Shown here one piece after another: positions 1 to 8,079 of a DNA stretch of 54,092 nucleotides. Under the pieces are notes generated by a model that worked only from the letters and a program-made list of their open reading frames with translations, had not been told where the DNA came from and ran no database searches. The position numbers were made by a program, and so were the translations under genes. The DNA comes from a virus (taxonomy: Duplodnaviria; Caudoviricetes). The first letter of the stretch is position 1; each line of letters begins with the position of its first letter. The stretch is taken from positions 1-54,092 of the IMG/VR virus record IMGVR_UViG_3300047557_001894; one strand, written 5' to 3'.

Positions 1-723
1 CACATGGAGTGGGCGCCTCCGAGCGTCGGGCAGTGGACCGACTACATGCTGGCGCAGGGCGGCGGCGCGAGCTCCAACATGGTGACCATCGACATCGTGG
101 CCGAGGAGCAGCGCGTCGACGCGGCGTGGGCCGGTGCCTACGCGAAGGCGGCGGGGCTCGTGACCGCGTTCCTGCGCTCCCGCGCGCAGCATCTCCACGC
201 CATGCCCAAGGCGGGCGCCGCGTATCTCGACGCGATGCGCTGGCCTTCGCACCGCTCGTGGTCGAACGCGACCAACGCCTTCGCGAGCTCGATCGTGCAA
301 GGCACCGCGAGCATGTACCGCGACCGTCTGATCGCGGCCTACGTGGGCCAGGGCATCAGCGAAGAGTTCGCGAATTGGACCGCGACCGCTGACCTTCCTG
401 ATCCCGACGAAGTGATGGACGGCAAGATCACCTTCAAGCACGAGCCGCACCGTCTCGATCGCACCCTCGCTCTTTCGAGCTCCATGGCGGCGTCGCTCCT
501 CGGCGACGACAACGCGGGTCGCCGCCAGGTTCGCTCGGACGCCTTCTGGCGCTTCATCGGGCAGATGGCCGACCAGAGCGCGACCGACCTGGTGATCCCC
601 GGCGTCGGGGCGATCTTGCGGGCCGAGACCGCGAAGCCCGAGCTTCGCCTCTCGACTACCCGCGAGGGCAATGCGGCGATCTCGAAGATCGCTCCGCACA
701 TGAAGGCGGCTGGGCGCATCTAG
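1..723 (+). CDS. C-terminal part of MoxR-type AAA+ ATPase (5' truncated by window)
   Basis: Frame open from base 1 (HMEW). WPSHRSW, VGQGISEEF and DLPDPDEV motifs resemble the lid/C-terminal region of AAA ATPases paired with DUF2201-type vWA proteins. Walker motifs lie outside the window. Confidence 0.7.
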   Translation, partial: HMEWAPPSVGQWTDYMLAQGGGASSNMVTIDIVAEEQRVDAAWAGAYAKAAGLVTAFLRSRAQHLHAMPKAGAAYLDAMRWPSHRSWSNATNAFASSIVQGTASMYRDRLIAAYVGQGISEEFANWTATADLPDPDEVMDGKITFKHEPHRLDRTLALSSSMAASLLGDDNAGRRQVRSDAFWRFIGQMADQSATDLVIPGVGAILRAETAKPELRLSTTREGNAAISKIAPHMKAAGRI

Positions 724-784
724 CCCCTGTGCTCTCGGTAGGCCCACGCATGCGCATGCGTGGGCTCTCCGTGAGCACAGGGGC
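723..784 (+). repeat. Intergenic hairpin element, copy 1 (CGGTAG-stem-TCTCCGTGA)
   Basis: Outer arms GCCCCTGTGCTC (723-734) / GAGCACAGGGGC (773-784); CGGTAG 736-741; perfect 24-bp palindrome 742-765; TCTCCGTGAGC from 766. Confidence 0.85.
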
Positions 785-811
785 CACGGTCGGCTCGTGC
801 GGGAGAAAGTC

Positions 812-1726
812 ATGGATGAGGACGACGACTCGATGATTCCGAAGACGCTGAAGGACGCTGCGCGAATGCTCGACGCGAATGGCGGTCCGCGTCAGCGCTT
901 CTTCGAGCAGAAGATGAAGCCGCTGATCGAGCAGCTCGAAGCGTTGGCGAACGCCGAGGGCATCCCGTGGGTGAGCGTCATCGAGCTCGATCGAGTGGCC
1001 GCGAAGGAGGGTGAAGCCATCGCCTCGGTGTTCACCCTCGCCGGACAGCGAGACTCGCACGGCAGGATGATTCCGCCGTTGCACCCCGGCATGGTCCTGG
1101 CCGCGGAGGCGTGCTGCGGCACTCCAGACCCAGACCTCATGCACCTAGGTCGTGTGATGCGCATGAAGGCGAATGAGGGGCTGTGCCCCTGCCCTGCGTG
1201 CACGCAGCGGCGTGAGGAGCCCGACGCCAAGCCCGCAGAGGGCGCGAAGACTTCCTCACCGCTGGTGCAATTCAGCAGTCAGGACATCGCCAGTCTCTTT
1301 GCTGAAGTAGCGGCGGTGCGTGTCGAAGGTGAGGTCGTCACCGGGCGCCCCGCGAAGGGGCCGAAGGAAGAAGCCTTCGAGAAGGAGCTGGTGCCGCTTA
1401 TCGAGAATCTGCGAGCGGCGGCGAAGCAGCACGGTGTCCAAGGCATCTTTGCCTTCGACATCGGGAACGGGGAGCGCATCGAAGAAGGGGTCATCGGTGG
1501 CGGTGTCGTGATGGACATGCAGGACATCACGGAGCCGCGTCTGTTGGCGGCCTCGGGTGTGCTCTTCGGCAATCCAGAGAACTACCCGGTCGCGATGCGG
1601 CAGGTAGTGATCGAGTCAGCCAACTTCATCAAGAAGAAGCGCGACGAGCGCGAACGTGCGGGCAAGGGGGAAACGAAGTTCACGCAGCCGGTCGACCCGA
1701 AGGTCAACACGTTCGGCTCGAACTAG
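812..1726 (+). CDS. Hypothetical protein with two copies of a small alpha/beta repeat domain
   Basis: GGGAG RBS before ATG 812; internal repeats FEQKMKPLIEQLEALANAEGIPW and FEKELVPLIENLRAAAKQHGVQG, separated by a CPCPAC linker. Confidence 0.75.
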   Translation: MDEDDDSMIPKTLKDAARMLDANGGPRQRFFEQKMKPLIEQLEALANAEGIPWVSVIELDRVAAKEGEAIASVFTLAGQRDSHGRMIPPLHPGMVLAAEACCGTPDPDLMHLGRVMRMKANEGLCPCPACTQRREEPDAKPAEGAKTSSPLVQFSSQDIASLFAEVAAVRVEGEVVTGRPAKGPKEEAFEKELVPLIENLRAAAKQHGVQGIFAFDIGNGERIEEGVIGGGVVMDMQDITEPRLLAASGVLFGNPENYPVAMRQVVIESANFIKKKRDERERAGKGETKFTQPVDPKVNTFGSN

Positions 1727-1728
1727 GC

Positions 1729-1786
1729 GCGAGCTCCGACGGTAGAGCGCGCGGCACCAACCACGCGCTTCTCCGTGAGCGCTCGC
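1729..1786 (+). repeat. Intergenic hairpin element, copy 2
   Basis: CGGTAG 1740-1745; inner stem AGCGCG/CGCGCT; TCTCCGTGAGC from 1770; outer GCGAGC/GCTCGC. Confidence 0.85.
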
Positions 1787-1816
1787 GTTGTGCGAGGGCC
1801 TGATCGGGAGAGTGAC

Positions 1817-2305
1817 ATGGACGAGAAGCAGAAGGCAGAAGCACAGATGAAGGCGTGCGGAGCGAAGGTAGAGATGGTCGCCACGCACAAGCAGGCAGCC
1901 ATCGACCACCTGAAGGTGCAGGAGCTCCGTCGTCTGAACGCCGAGATGCTCAACTCGGCTTACGAAGGGCCGGAAGCCATCTTGAAGAAGGCGGCTCTCT
2001 TCAAGGAGAAGCTGGACGATCTGCTCGATCCTTCGCCGCACCAGCAGCCCAAGGTCGCGGGCGACCCGAACGACACCCGCGGGCCGAAGGAAGTCATCTA
2101 CGACACCGAGATCGGTCCGCTGATGGATCAGATCATCGCCTGCTGCGAGAAGAACAGCATCCCCATTCTCGCTCACTTCGAGTTCGACGGGGACATGAGA
2201 TGCACAACCAACCTCGGCCCGTTCGCACACATGGGCGCGAGGGTCGCGGAGGCTGCGCTCGTGGGTGGGCCGCGCGCCATTCTGGCGGTTATGGCGGGGG
2301 GCTAG
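1817..2305 (+). CDS. Hypothetical protein with one copy of the same repeat domain
   Basis: GGGAG RBS, ATG 1817; KEVIYDTEIGPLMDQIIACCEKNSIPILAHF aligns by eye with the repeats in the upstream gene. Confidence 0.75.
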   Translation: MDEKQKAEAQMKACGAKVEMVATHKQAAIDHLKVQELRRLNAEMLNSAYEGPEAILKKAALFKEKLDDLLDPSPHQQPKVAGDPNDTRGPKEVIYDTEIGPLMDQIIACCEKNSIPILAHFEFDGDMRCTTNLGPFAHMGARVAEAALVGGPRAILAVMAGG

Positions 2306-2312
2306 CCCCTCC

Positions 2313-3074
2313 GTGCTCCTAAAGATCACGAACTTTTGCAGCTTAGGCTGCAAGCACTGCATGGAGGACTCGACCATCGCGGGCGAGCACATGACGCGCG
2401 AGACCTTCGAGGCGGCGCTCGATCTCACCGAGCGTGTCGAGGCGAAAGCCTACGCGGCGGGTGCGCCGAGGCATCTGCTCCTCTCGGGTGGCGAGTGCTC
2501 CGAGCACCCTGACTTTCTCGCCTACTTCGAGCGCGCGTTGGAGCGGCGGTTCGTGGTCACGATCATCACCAACGGGATGTGGCTTGGCGACGAAGCGTTG
2601 CGAAACGCGATCGTGCCACGCGCCCTGATGGTGCAAGTGACGAACGATCCGCGCTTCTACCCGAAGGCTCCACCGCGGATCGAGATGCCTCGTCTCGGGT
2701 ACGTGGACTCGCTCACGGCGCTTGTTCCGCTCGGGCGACTGGCTCGCAAGTCGGGGCCACATCCCCTTCCAATCAAGGGCTCTCCGAGCTCGTTCAACGT
2801 CCGCAGCCTCACGCGCAGCCTCGGAGACATCGGCGAAGCCGTTGCCATGATCCGCGTGCGGGCGATGATGGGCAGGGGCGGGCACTGCGCGCCGAGCATC
2901 GGGTGGGACGGCGGCATGTACGCCGGAGAGACGATCAACTGCTTTCGCATCGGAGATGTGCGGAGCACGAACCTGGAGCTGTCGCGGGCCGTTTGCGAGA
3001 TGAAGTGCAACGCCTGCGGCTTGGTCGATGGGCTGCCCGACACGCACAAGGCAGCCATTGGTGAACTCGAATAG
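2313..3074 (+). CDS. Radical SAM enzyme with C-terminal Cys (SPASM/twitch-like) region
   Basis: CxxxCxxC (CSLGCKHC), SGGE motif, ITNG, C-terminal C...C...CNAC. GTG start at 2313 is inferred. Confidence 0.9.
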   Translation: MLLKITNFCSLGCKHCMEDSTIAGEHMTRETFEAALDLTERVEAKAYAAGAPRHLLLSGGECSEHPDFLAYFERALERRFVVTIITNGMWLGDEALRNAIVPRALMVQVTNDPRFYPKAPPRIEMPRLGYVDSLTALVPLGRLARKSGPHPLPIKGSPSSFNVRSLTRSLGDIGEAVAMIRVRAMMGRGGHCAPSIGWDGGMYAGETINCFRIGDVRSTNLELSRAVCEMKCNACGLVDGLPDTHKAAIGELE

Positions 3075-3086
3075 GGAGAAGCAACG

Positions 3087-4439
3087 ATGGGAATGAACCT
3101 GGCGCAAGCGACTAAGAGCCTGCCAGCACAGCAGAAGCTCTCGGTCGCGCGCATGATGATCGCGCACAAGAACCCGTACTTCACCAGCCTCGTGATCCGA
3201 ATGATCTTCCGCGAGGTCGACAAGGAGTCGCAGCCGATGGGCATCGGCGTCTCGCGTCGAGGCGTCGTGTACTGGCGTCGTGACTTCATCGACCATCTCA
3301 CCGCGGAGCAGCTCGCCGTGTTGCTCCTGAACAAGTCGCTGCACGTCCTCTTTCGGCACTCGGACAGGGCGCGAGCGGGGGCCTTCAACCCCGAGGTGTT
3401 CAACGAGGCGGCTGACTGCGAGATCAACGACGATCTCGAAGCCGCTGGATGGACGATGGAGTCCGTCGACGAGAACGGGCAGCCGTGCAGGCTGCTGACA
3501 CCGAGCCACTTCAAGCTGGAAAGCCACAAGTCAGCCGAGTGGTACTACAACGAGATCATGCAGCAGCGGGCGCAGAACCAGGCGCCCCCTGTGAACCACG
3601 GCACCGCCCGTGGCTGCGGTGGTTCGGGCGCTGGCGGGGCGCCTGGCCCTAACGAACCGAGCGGGCAGCCACAGCCGAACGGTGAGGGTGACGCTTCGGG
3701 CAGCGAGCAGGGCGATGGGGGCATGGACGGGCGCTCTGAGGGCGAGCTGGAGGGAATGCGCGATCAAGTCGCGCAGGGCATGAAGAAGCGGCAGGCGGGG
3801 AAGGGCCAGGGGTCCATGCCCCTCGGCTGGCAAGTCTGGAGCGACGAAGAGCTCAAGCCGCCGACGATCCGGTGGCAAGACGAGCTTCGGCAGACCGTGC
3901 GCAACGCTTTCCGAGCGGTCGCCGGGAACGTGGACCGCACGTTCAAGAAGTCGAACCGCAAGCAGGCTGGCCTTGGCTTCGGCTCGGGTCGCCCGGTCCT
4001 TGCGGGGTGGCACAAGCCCACCCCCAACGTGATGATCGCGATTGACACTTCGGGTTCTATGGGCGGGCTGATGCCCGAGATCATGGCCGAAGTGCAGTCC
4101 ATCCTCACGGAGGTGCGCGGCAGCGTGTCCTTCGTGTCCATCGACGCCGAAGTGCAGAGCTCGGGCCGCACGGCTGACTGGCGAGTGATTGCTCGCGAGT
4201 CGAAGGGCGGCGGCGGTACGGACTTCCGCCCACTGTTCGATCACATCGAGAAGATGCCGAAGAACGAGCAGCCCAACGTGGTGATCTTCGCCACCGACGG
4301 CTGCGGCCCCGCGCCGAAGGACGAGCCCGACCCGCACGTCATCTGGCTCCTGTGCGGGGACTACACGATGAAGCCTGCCTCGTGGGGCAAGTACATCAGC
4401 ACCGACAAGAAGACCACGCCCGAGGCGTACTCAGAGTGA
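3087..4439 (+). CDS. Metallopeptidase-like + vWA domain protein (DUF2201-type)
   Basis: N-terminal PYF...LH..RH..R, NEAADCEIND; Gly/Gln-rich linker; MIDAS DTSGS, GGGGTDF, TDG. Confidence 0.9.
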   Translation: MGMNLAQATKSLPAQQKLSVARMMIAHKNPYFTSLVIRMIFREVDKESQPMGIGVSRRGVVYWRRDFIDHLTAEQLAVLLLNKSLHVLFRHSDRARAGAFNPEVFNEAADCEINDDLEAAGWTMESVDENGQPCRLLTPSHFKLESHKSAEWYYNEIMQQRAQNQAPPVNHGTARGCGGSGAGGAPGPNEPSGQPQPNGEGDASGSEQGDGGMDGRSEGELEGMRDQVAQGMKKRQAGKGQGSMPLGWQVWSDEELKPPTIRWQDELRQTVRNAFRAVAGNVDRTFKKSNRKQAGLGFGSGRPVLAGWHKPTPNVMIAIDTSGSMGGLMPEIMAEVQSILTEVRGSVSFVSIDAEVQSSGRTADWRVIARESKGGGGTDFRPLFDHIEKMPKNEQPNVVIFATDGCGPAPKDEPDPHVIWLLCGDYTMKPASWGKYISTDKKTTPEAYSE

Positions 4440-4612
4440 GCGCCGAGACCACGAACAGCAGCGCATCCATGCGCGTGCAGGGGGAGGTCGAGGGCCAGAA
4501 GTACGAAGCCCAGCTCTCCATCAAGACGACGCGGCTCCTCTCGAAGGATGAGCTCGTCGCTCTGATGGCAGAAGTACATCGGGCCATTCGATCGTCGCTG
4601 TCTCAGCGATGA
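4436..4612 (+). CDS. Small hypothetical protein
   Basis: GTGA overlap with upstream stop; 58 codons. Confidence 0.55.
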   Translation: MSAETTNSSASMRVQGEVEGQKYEAQLSIKTTRLLSKDELVALMAEVHRAIRSSLSQR

Positions 4613-4658
4613 CGGTAGGGCACGGGGTTCGCTCCGTGCCTCTCCGTGATCTCTGGAG
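4601..4658 (+). repeat. Intergenic hairpin element, copy 3
   Basis: CGGTAG 4613-4618; inner stem GGCACGG/CCGTGCC; TCTCCGTGA from 4641; the outer stem reaches into the GGAGGA RBS of the next gene. Confidence 0.8.
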
Positions 4659-4663
4659 GAGCC

Positions 4664-5134
4664 ATGAACAAGGCTATTCGTCGCGAGCAGGAGCGCCGTG
4701 CCTACGACCGGCACCAGCGCTCGCGCAAGCCACTGCACTACAAGAGCAAGTACCCTGGCAAGACGCAGGGCAAGCTGTGCTCCTGCGTGATGTGCGGGAA
4801 CCCGCGCAGGCACTTCGGCAAGTCCAAGCGCAAGGAGCTCAACGCGACTCGCGAGAGCCCCGAGCTCTTGCACTTCGAGTCGCTGGACCCGGGGTTTCCC
4901 GACGAGTGCAACATCTGGGATTGCGACTGCGATGACTGCCTCTGGGCGCACCGGCACGACAACGAGCCGTACGTCCAGTCGCGGTTCGAGCACCGGCCCT
5001 TGTCCGCACTCGGAGCATGCGAGCCGTGGCGGTTCATCGAGGAGCTCCGCGTCGCAGAGATTCTGGCGAAGATGGCGCTTCGTCGGACGAAGGCGAAGAT
5101 GGCGCTTCGTCGGACGAAGGCGATGGTGTCGTGA
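4664..5134 (+). CDS. Cys-rich hypothetical protein
   Basis: GGAGGA RBS; CSCVMCGNPRR and CDCDDC motifs. Confidence 0.75.
   Translation: MNKAIRREQERRAYDRHQRSRKPLHYKSKYPGKTQGKLCSCVMCGNPRRHFGKSKRKELNATRESPELLHFESLDPGFPDECNIWDCDCDDCLWAHRHDNEPYVQSRFEHRPLSALGACEPWRFIEELRVAEILAKMALRRTKAKMALRRTKAMVS
5065..5123 (+). repeat. Exact in-frame 27-nt tandem duplication (AKMALRRTK x2)
   Basis: GGCGAAGATGGCGCTTCGTCGGACGAA twice, followed by GGCGA. Confidence 0.95.
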
Positions 5135-5643
5135 GTGTCAGCGACGAGCGCGTGCGCGAGTTGGTGGCTCGCGCTCTACGCACCATCGAGACGTACAACC
5201 GCGGCGAGATCATCCAAGAGCAGGACGCTGCCGTCTCGTTCGTTGGTGGCGTGATGGCTGCGACCCGTGCGTCTGCGAACGACTACCTCCAGCGCACGAC
5301 CTTCATGTCCTCGTCCGAGCAGATGTTGGACACCTACGAGTCCAGACAGCTTGTGTACCTAACCGCACGCGCATGGATCACGGCACCCGAGCAGTGGTTC
5401 GGCGTCCCGTGCATGTGGAACCCGGCCCTCGCAGTGCTCGGGGAGATGCTTCGAGAAGACCCGAGCTGGTCTCTAATGATCCTGTTGCCTGAAGCCGTCA
5501 TGCAGACCGGCTCTCGGATCGGTGGCCCGTTCGTTCCCGAAGAGGAGCGCGGCTACCTCGTACCCGTTGCCCATCGGTGGGCGGACTACCTGCGGCAGAC
5601 GAACCCACGACCCATCACACCCGAGGAAAGAGGAGCGACATGA
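5131..5643 (+). CDS. Hypothetical protein
   Basis: GTGA coupling upstream, ATGA coupling downstream. Confidence 0.7.
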   Translation: MSVSDERVRELVARALRTIETYNRGEIIQEQDAAVSFVGGVMAATRASANDYLQRTTFMSSSEQMLDTYESRQLVYLTARAWITAPEQWFGVPCMWNPALAVLGEMLREDPSWSLMILLPEAVMQTGSRIGGPFVPEEERGYLVPVAHRWADYLRQTNPRPITPEERGAT

Positions 5644-6227
5644 AGCTGATCGCATTGCTGGCAGAGCACAAGGAGGCCCGTCGTCGTGGAGCCGCGAAGG
5701 GTGCGCTCTGGCTCGCCAAGGAGGGAGCACCGGGAACGAAGTATTCGTGGGGGCTCGGTGAGCGTGATGCGTGGCACGTCCACAGCCCGACTTCGGGCAC
5801 AGCGAACTACGCGCTGACTATGGAGGATATGAGCATCGACACCTGGTACACGGTGCCGCCGAACCCGCGCGAGAGCTTCACGATCCCCGATCTCGACCCG
5901 TCGATCCCCTGGTCCGAGGGCGTGGTGGAGGATTTCCTTCGGGTAGTGCGCGGGCTTCCGTTCGCGCACAACGACGTGGTGGGTGGCGTCGAGTCGCTCG
6001 TCGCGCAGCGCAAGAAGCTCAACGAGAGCTATCAGCAGCAGCTCAGGCTCGCTGAGGAGATGGCCAATCGGGCCAACCAAGCGGGCGAGAAACTCGCGCA
6101 GGCCGAGCGGCAGAGGGACGAGTTCTCGCTGCTCCTTGCGAAGCACAGCAGGTGCAACGCGCGCTTGCGTCAGGCACTCAAGAGCTTCGGACTGTCGGAC
6201 ACCATCGTTGCGATGCTGGAGGAGTGA
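5640..6227 (+). CDS. Hypothetical protein with C-terminal coiled coil
   Basis: AGGAG RBS; heptad-rich C-terminal half. Confidence 0.7.
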   Translation: MKLIALLAEHKEARRRGAAKGALWLAKEGAPGTKYSWGLGERDAWHVHSPTSGTANYALTMEDMSIDTWYTVPPNPRESFTIPDLDPSIPWSEGVVEDFLRVVRGLPFAHNDVVGGVESLVAQRKKLNESYQQQLRLAEEMANRANQAGEKLAQAERQRDEFSLLLAKHSRCNARLRQALKSFGLSDTIVAMLEE

Positions 6228-6229
6228 AC

Positions 6230-6595
6230 ATGGGCGAGTCTCACATTCGTATGGTCGATCCTGCGGCGCTGTACGACAGGATCGGGGAGCTCGAACGCGA
6301 GCTCGAAGCTACGCAGCACGAGCTGGTCCGCGTGCAGGAAAGGCACGCGGACCCCCCGCACAGGTTGCAGCTCGCTGCGTGGGCGAGACCCCTGCCGCAG
6401 TGGGCCGCGGCCGCTTGGGTCGTCTGCATTGCAGGGTGCTTCGCGATCCAGGCGTGGCGTCTGACGGACGGCACGTCGCTCGTGACAGTGCTGATCGCGT
6501 GGGTCCAGTTTTCTGTGGTGGTGCTGGTCGTAGTGCTGATGGCGCTGCTCGCCATCTTCATCGCGGCGTTCGAGTGGGTGAAGGTGAAGCGATGA
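6230..6595 (+). CDS. Membrane protein (coiled coil plus two TM helices)
   Basis: GGAGG RBS; two hydrophobic stretches at the C-terminus. Confidence 0.7.
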   Translation: MGESHIRMVDPAALYDRIGELERELEATQHELVRVQERHADPPHRLQLAAWARPLPQWAAAAWVVCIAGCFAIQAWRLTDGTSLVTVLIAWVQFSVVVLVVVLMALLAIFIAAFEWVKVKR

Positions 6596-6637
6596 ACCAC
6601 CGCAGGAAACGCGGTGGAATGCGAGAGTGATTAGAGC

Positions 6638-6862
6638 ATGGGTATGAGCGAAGCCGAGTTCATGTGCATCGAGTGCGGTCATCGCACTTCGATGCGCCCA
6701 CGTCCCGACGTGATGTACCAGCTCACCCGAGAGCTGCTGGTGCCGTACCCCGACGACATACCCGTCGCTTCGTGCGATGGGTGCGGCGAGACGTACACGA
6801 ACCGAGCCGAGGACGAGGCGATCCGCGCCTCGTTGCTTGCGAAACACGGTGTGCCCGCGTGA
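6638..6862 (+). CDS. Stand-alone YgiT/MqsA-type zinc finger
   Basis: CIECG...IPVASCDGCGETY pattern; no HTH attached. Confidence 0.65.
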   Translation: MGMSEAEFMCIECGHRTSMRPRPDVMYQLTRELLVPYPDDIPVASCDGCGETYTNRAEDEAIRASLLAKHGVPA

Positions 6863-6884
6863 TCGAGAAAGGAATCCCCTGACC

Positions 6885-7157
6885 ATGAGCGACATTGCAG
6901 AGACGCTTTCGCCGCTGGAGCAGCGCGTCGCTGACTACATCGAGACCCACTACAACCTGTCGCTGACCCGCGGGGGCGTAATGAACGTCCTGGCTCTCGG
7001 TAGGTCGTACCGCATGGAGCGCGGAGACGACGTGTTCACCATGTCGATGCGCTTCGACGAGAACGACGAAGCGGCAGCGATCGAGTGGGTCGACAGCGCG
7101 CAGGCGAAGGAAGCGATGCGCGAGATGTTCGGAGCCGACAAGGGCGACGAAGAGTAG
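6885..7157 (+). CDS. Hypothetical protein
   Basis: AAGGA upstream, ATG 6885, high GC3. Confidence 0.7.
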   Translation: MSDIAETLSPLEQRVADYIETHYNLSLTRGGVMNVLALGRSYRMERGDDVFTMSMRFDENDEAAAIEWVDSAQAKEAMREMFGADKGDEE

Positions 7158-7218
7158 TCACCGGACGCGGGGGGCCGCGCACAGAGAACGTACGAAAGAG
7201 AAACTGGAGAAGCGAAGC

Positions 7219-8079
7219 ATGGACATCATCGCAACGGATAAGCAGGGCAGCACTGGCTCGATCACCTACTGGTCCCTCTCGGGGGCCGTGAACTACAGCA
7301 AGCTCGAAGCAGCGTGGGTCGCGCAGGGGTTGAACCCGCAGCTCCTCCCGCCGCGCACCAGTCCGAAGACTGCTCTGCGCCGCGCCATGGACGGTCTCGT
7401 GTCCGGGCAGAGCCAGATGGTGAAGGCCGGGTCCGCGCCGGGGTGGCTCGGGTTCTTCCAGCGCGAGACCACTGGCGGGCGTCCGAACTTCCCGATGGTG
7501 GTCGAGGCGTGCTTGAACGCGGACCCCACCAAAGACCCCGTGATCCGTACCCCTGACGGATCGCCAGTGCCCGAAGCCATCGAAGATTCGGTGACGATCT
7601 TGTACTCGAACGAGCTCAAGAACGTCCACCACGACGACCTGGGCACCTGGCTCGTGAGCACGGCGCGTCGCCTGATGGCAGTGCGCTTGCGCGAGTCGGG
7701 CGGCATCTACTTCATCCCCTCCGCGGGCGGGCTCGCGGAGTGGCAGCAGGTTGCCTCGGTCCTGCACAAGGCTACGGCGTGCACGATCCAAGAGGTGCCT
7801 GCGATGCACTCTCGGGAAGCGGCGAGGGCTGTCCTCGAAGGCATCACGAACGAGGTGAACGCCTACGTCGAGCAGATCGACGCGGAGCTCGGCAAGGTGG
7901 GCGTCCGAGCGCTGGAGAGCCGAGAGGCGTCCATCACTGCCTACGCTCGCAAGATCAGCATGTTCGAGGAGGTCATCGGGTCGAAGCTCGATGGTCTTCG
8001 GGGGGCCTTGAACGGGCTCGAAACCAAGGTCGCGCACGCGAAGCTGACCGCCATCGCGGTTGCTGAAGACGCGGCATGA
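7219..8079 (+). CDS. Conserved hypothetical protein (DUF6744/DUF3150-like)
   Basis: YWSL...LLP..SP..ALRRA N-terminus, LRESGGIYFIP motif, helical C-terminus. Family assignment is from memory. Confidence 0.5.
   Translation: MDIIATDKQGSTGSITYWSLSGAVNYSKLEAAWVAQGLNPQLLPPRTSPKTALRRAMDGLVSGQSQMVKAGSAPGWLGFFQRETTGGRPNFPMVVEACLNADPTKDPVIRTPDGSPVPEAIEDSVTILYSNELKNVHHDDLGTWLVSTARRLMAVRLRESGGIYFIPSAGGLAEWQQVASVLHKATACTIQEVPAMHSREAARAVLEGITNEVNAYVEQIDAELGKVGVRALESREASITAYARKISMFEEVIGSKLDGLRGALNGLETKVAHAKLTAIAVAEDAA

Noticed and set aside
723-4658. CGGTAG hairpins as integron attC sites or CRISPR repeats
   Set aside because: The AAC...GTT core appears only around copy 2 and no integrase is in view. The copies are kilobases apart with variable interiors, unlike CRISPR repeats, and there are no cas genes.
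6592-6630. 12-codon ORF MNHRRKRGGMRE with hairpin CCACCGC/GCGGTGG
   Set aside because: Too short to support. The 7-bp stem has no U tract and is plausible by chance at this GC content.
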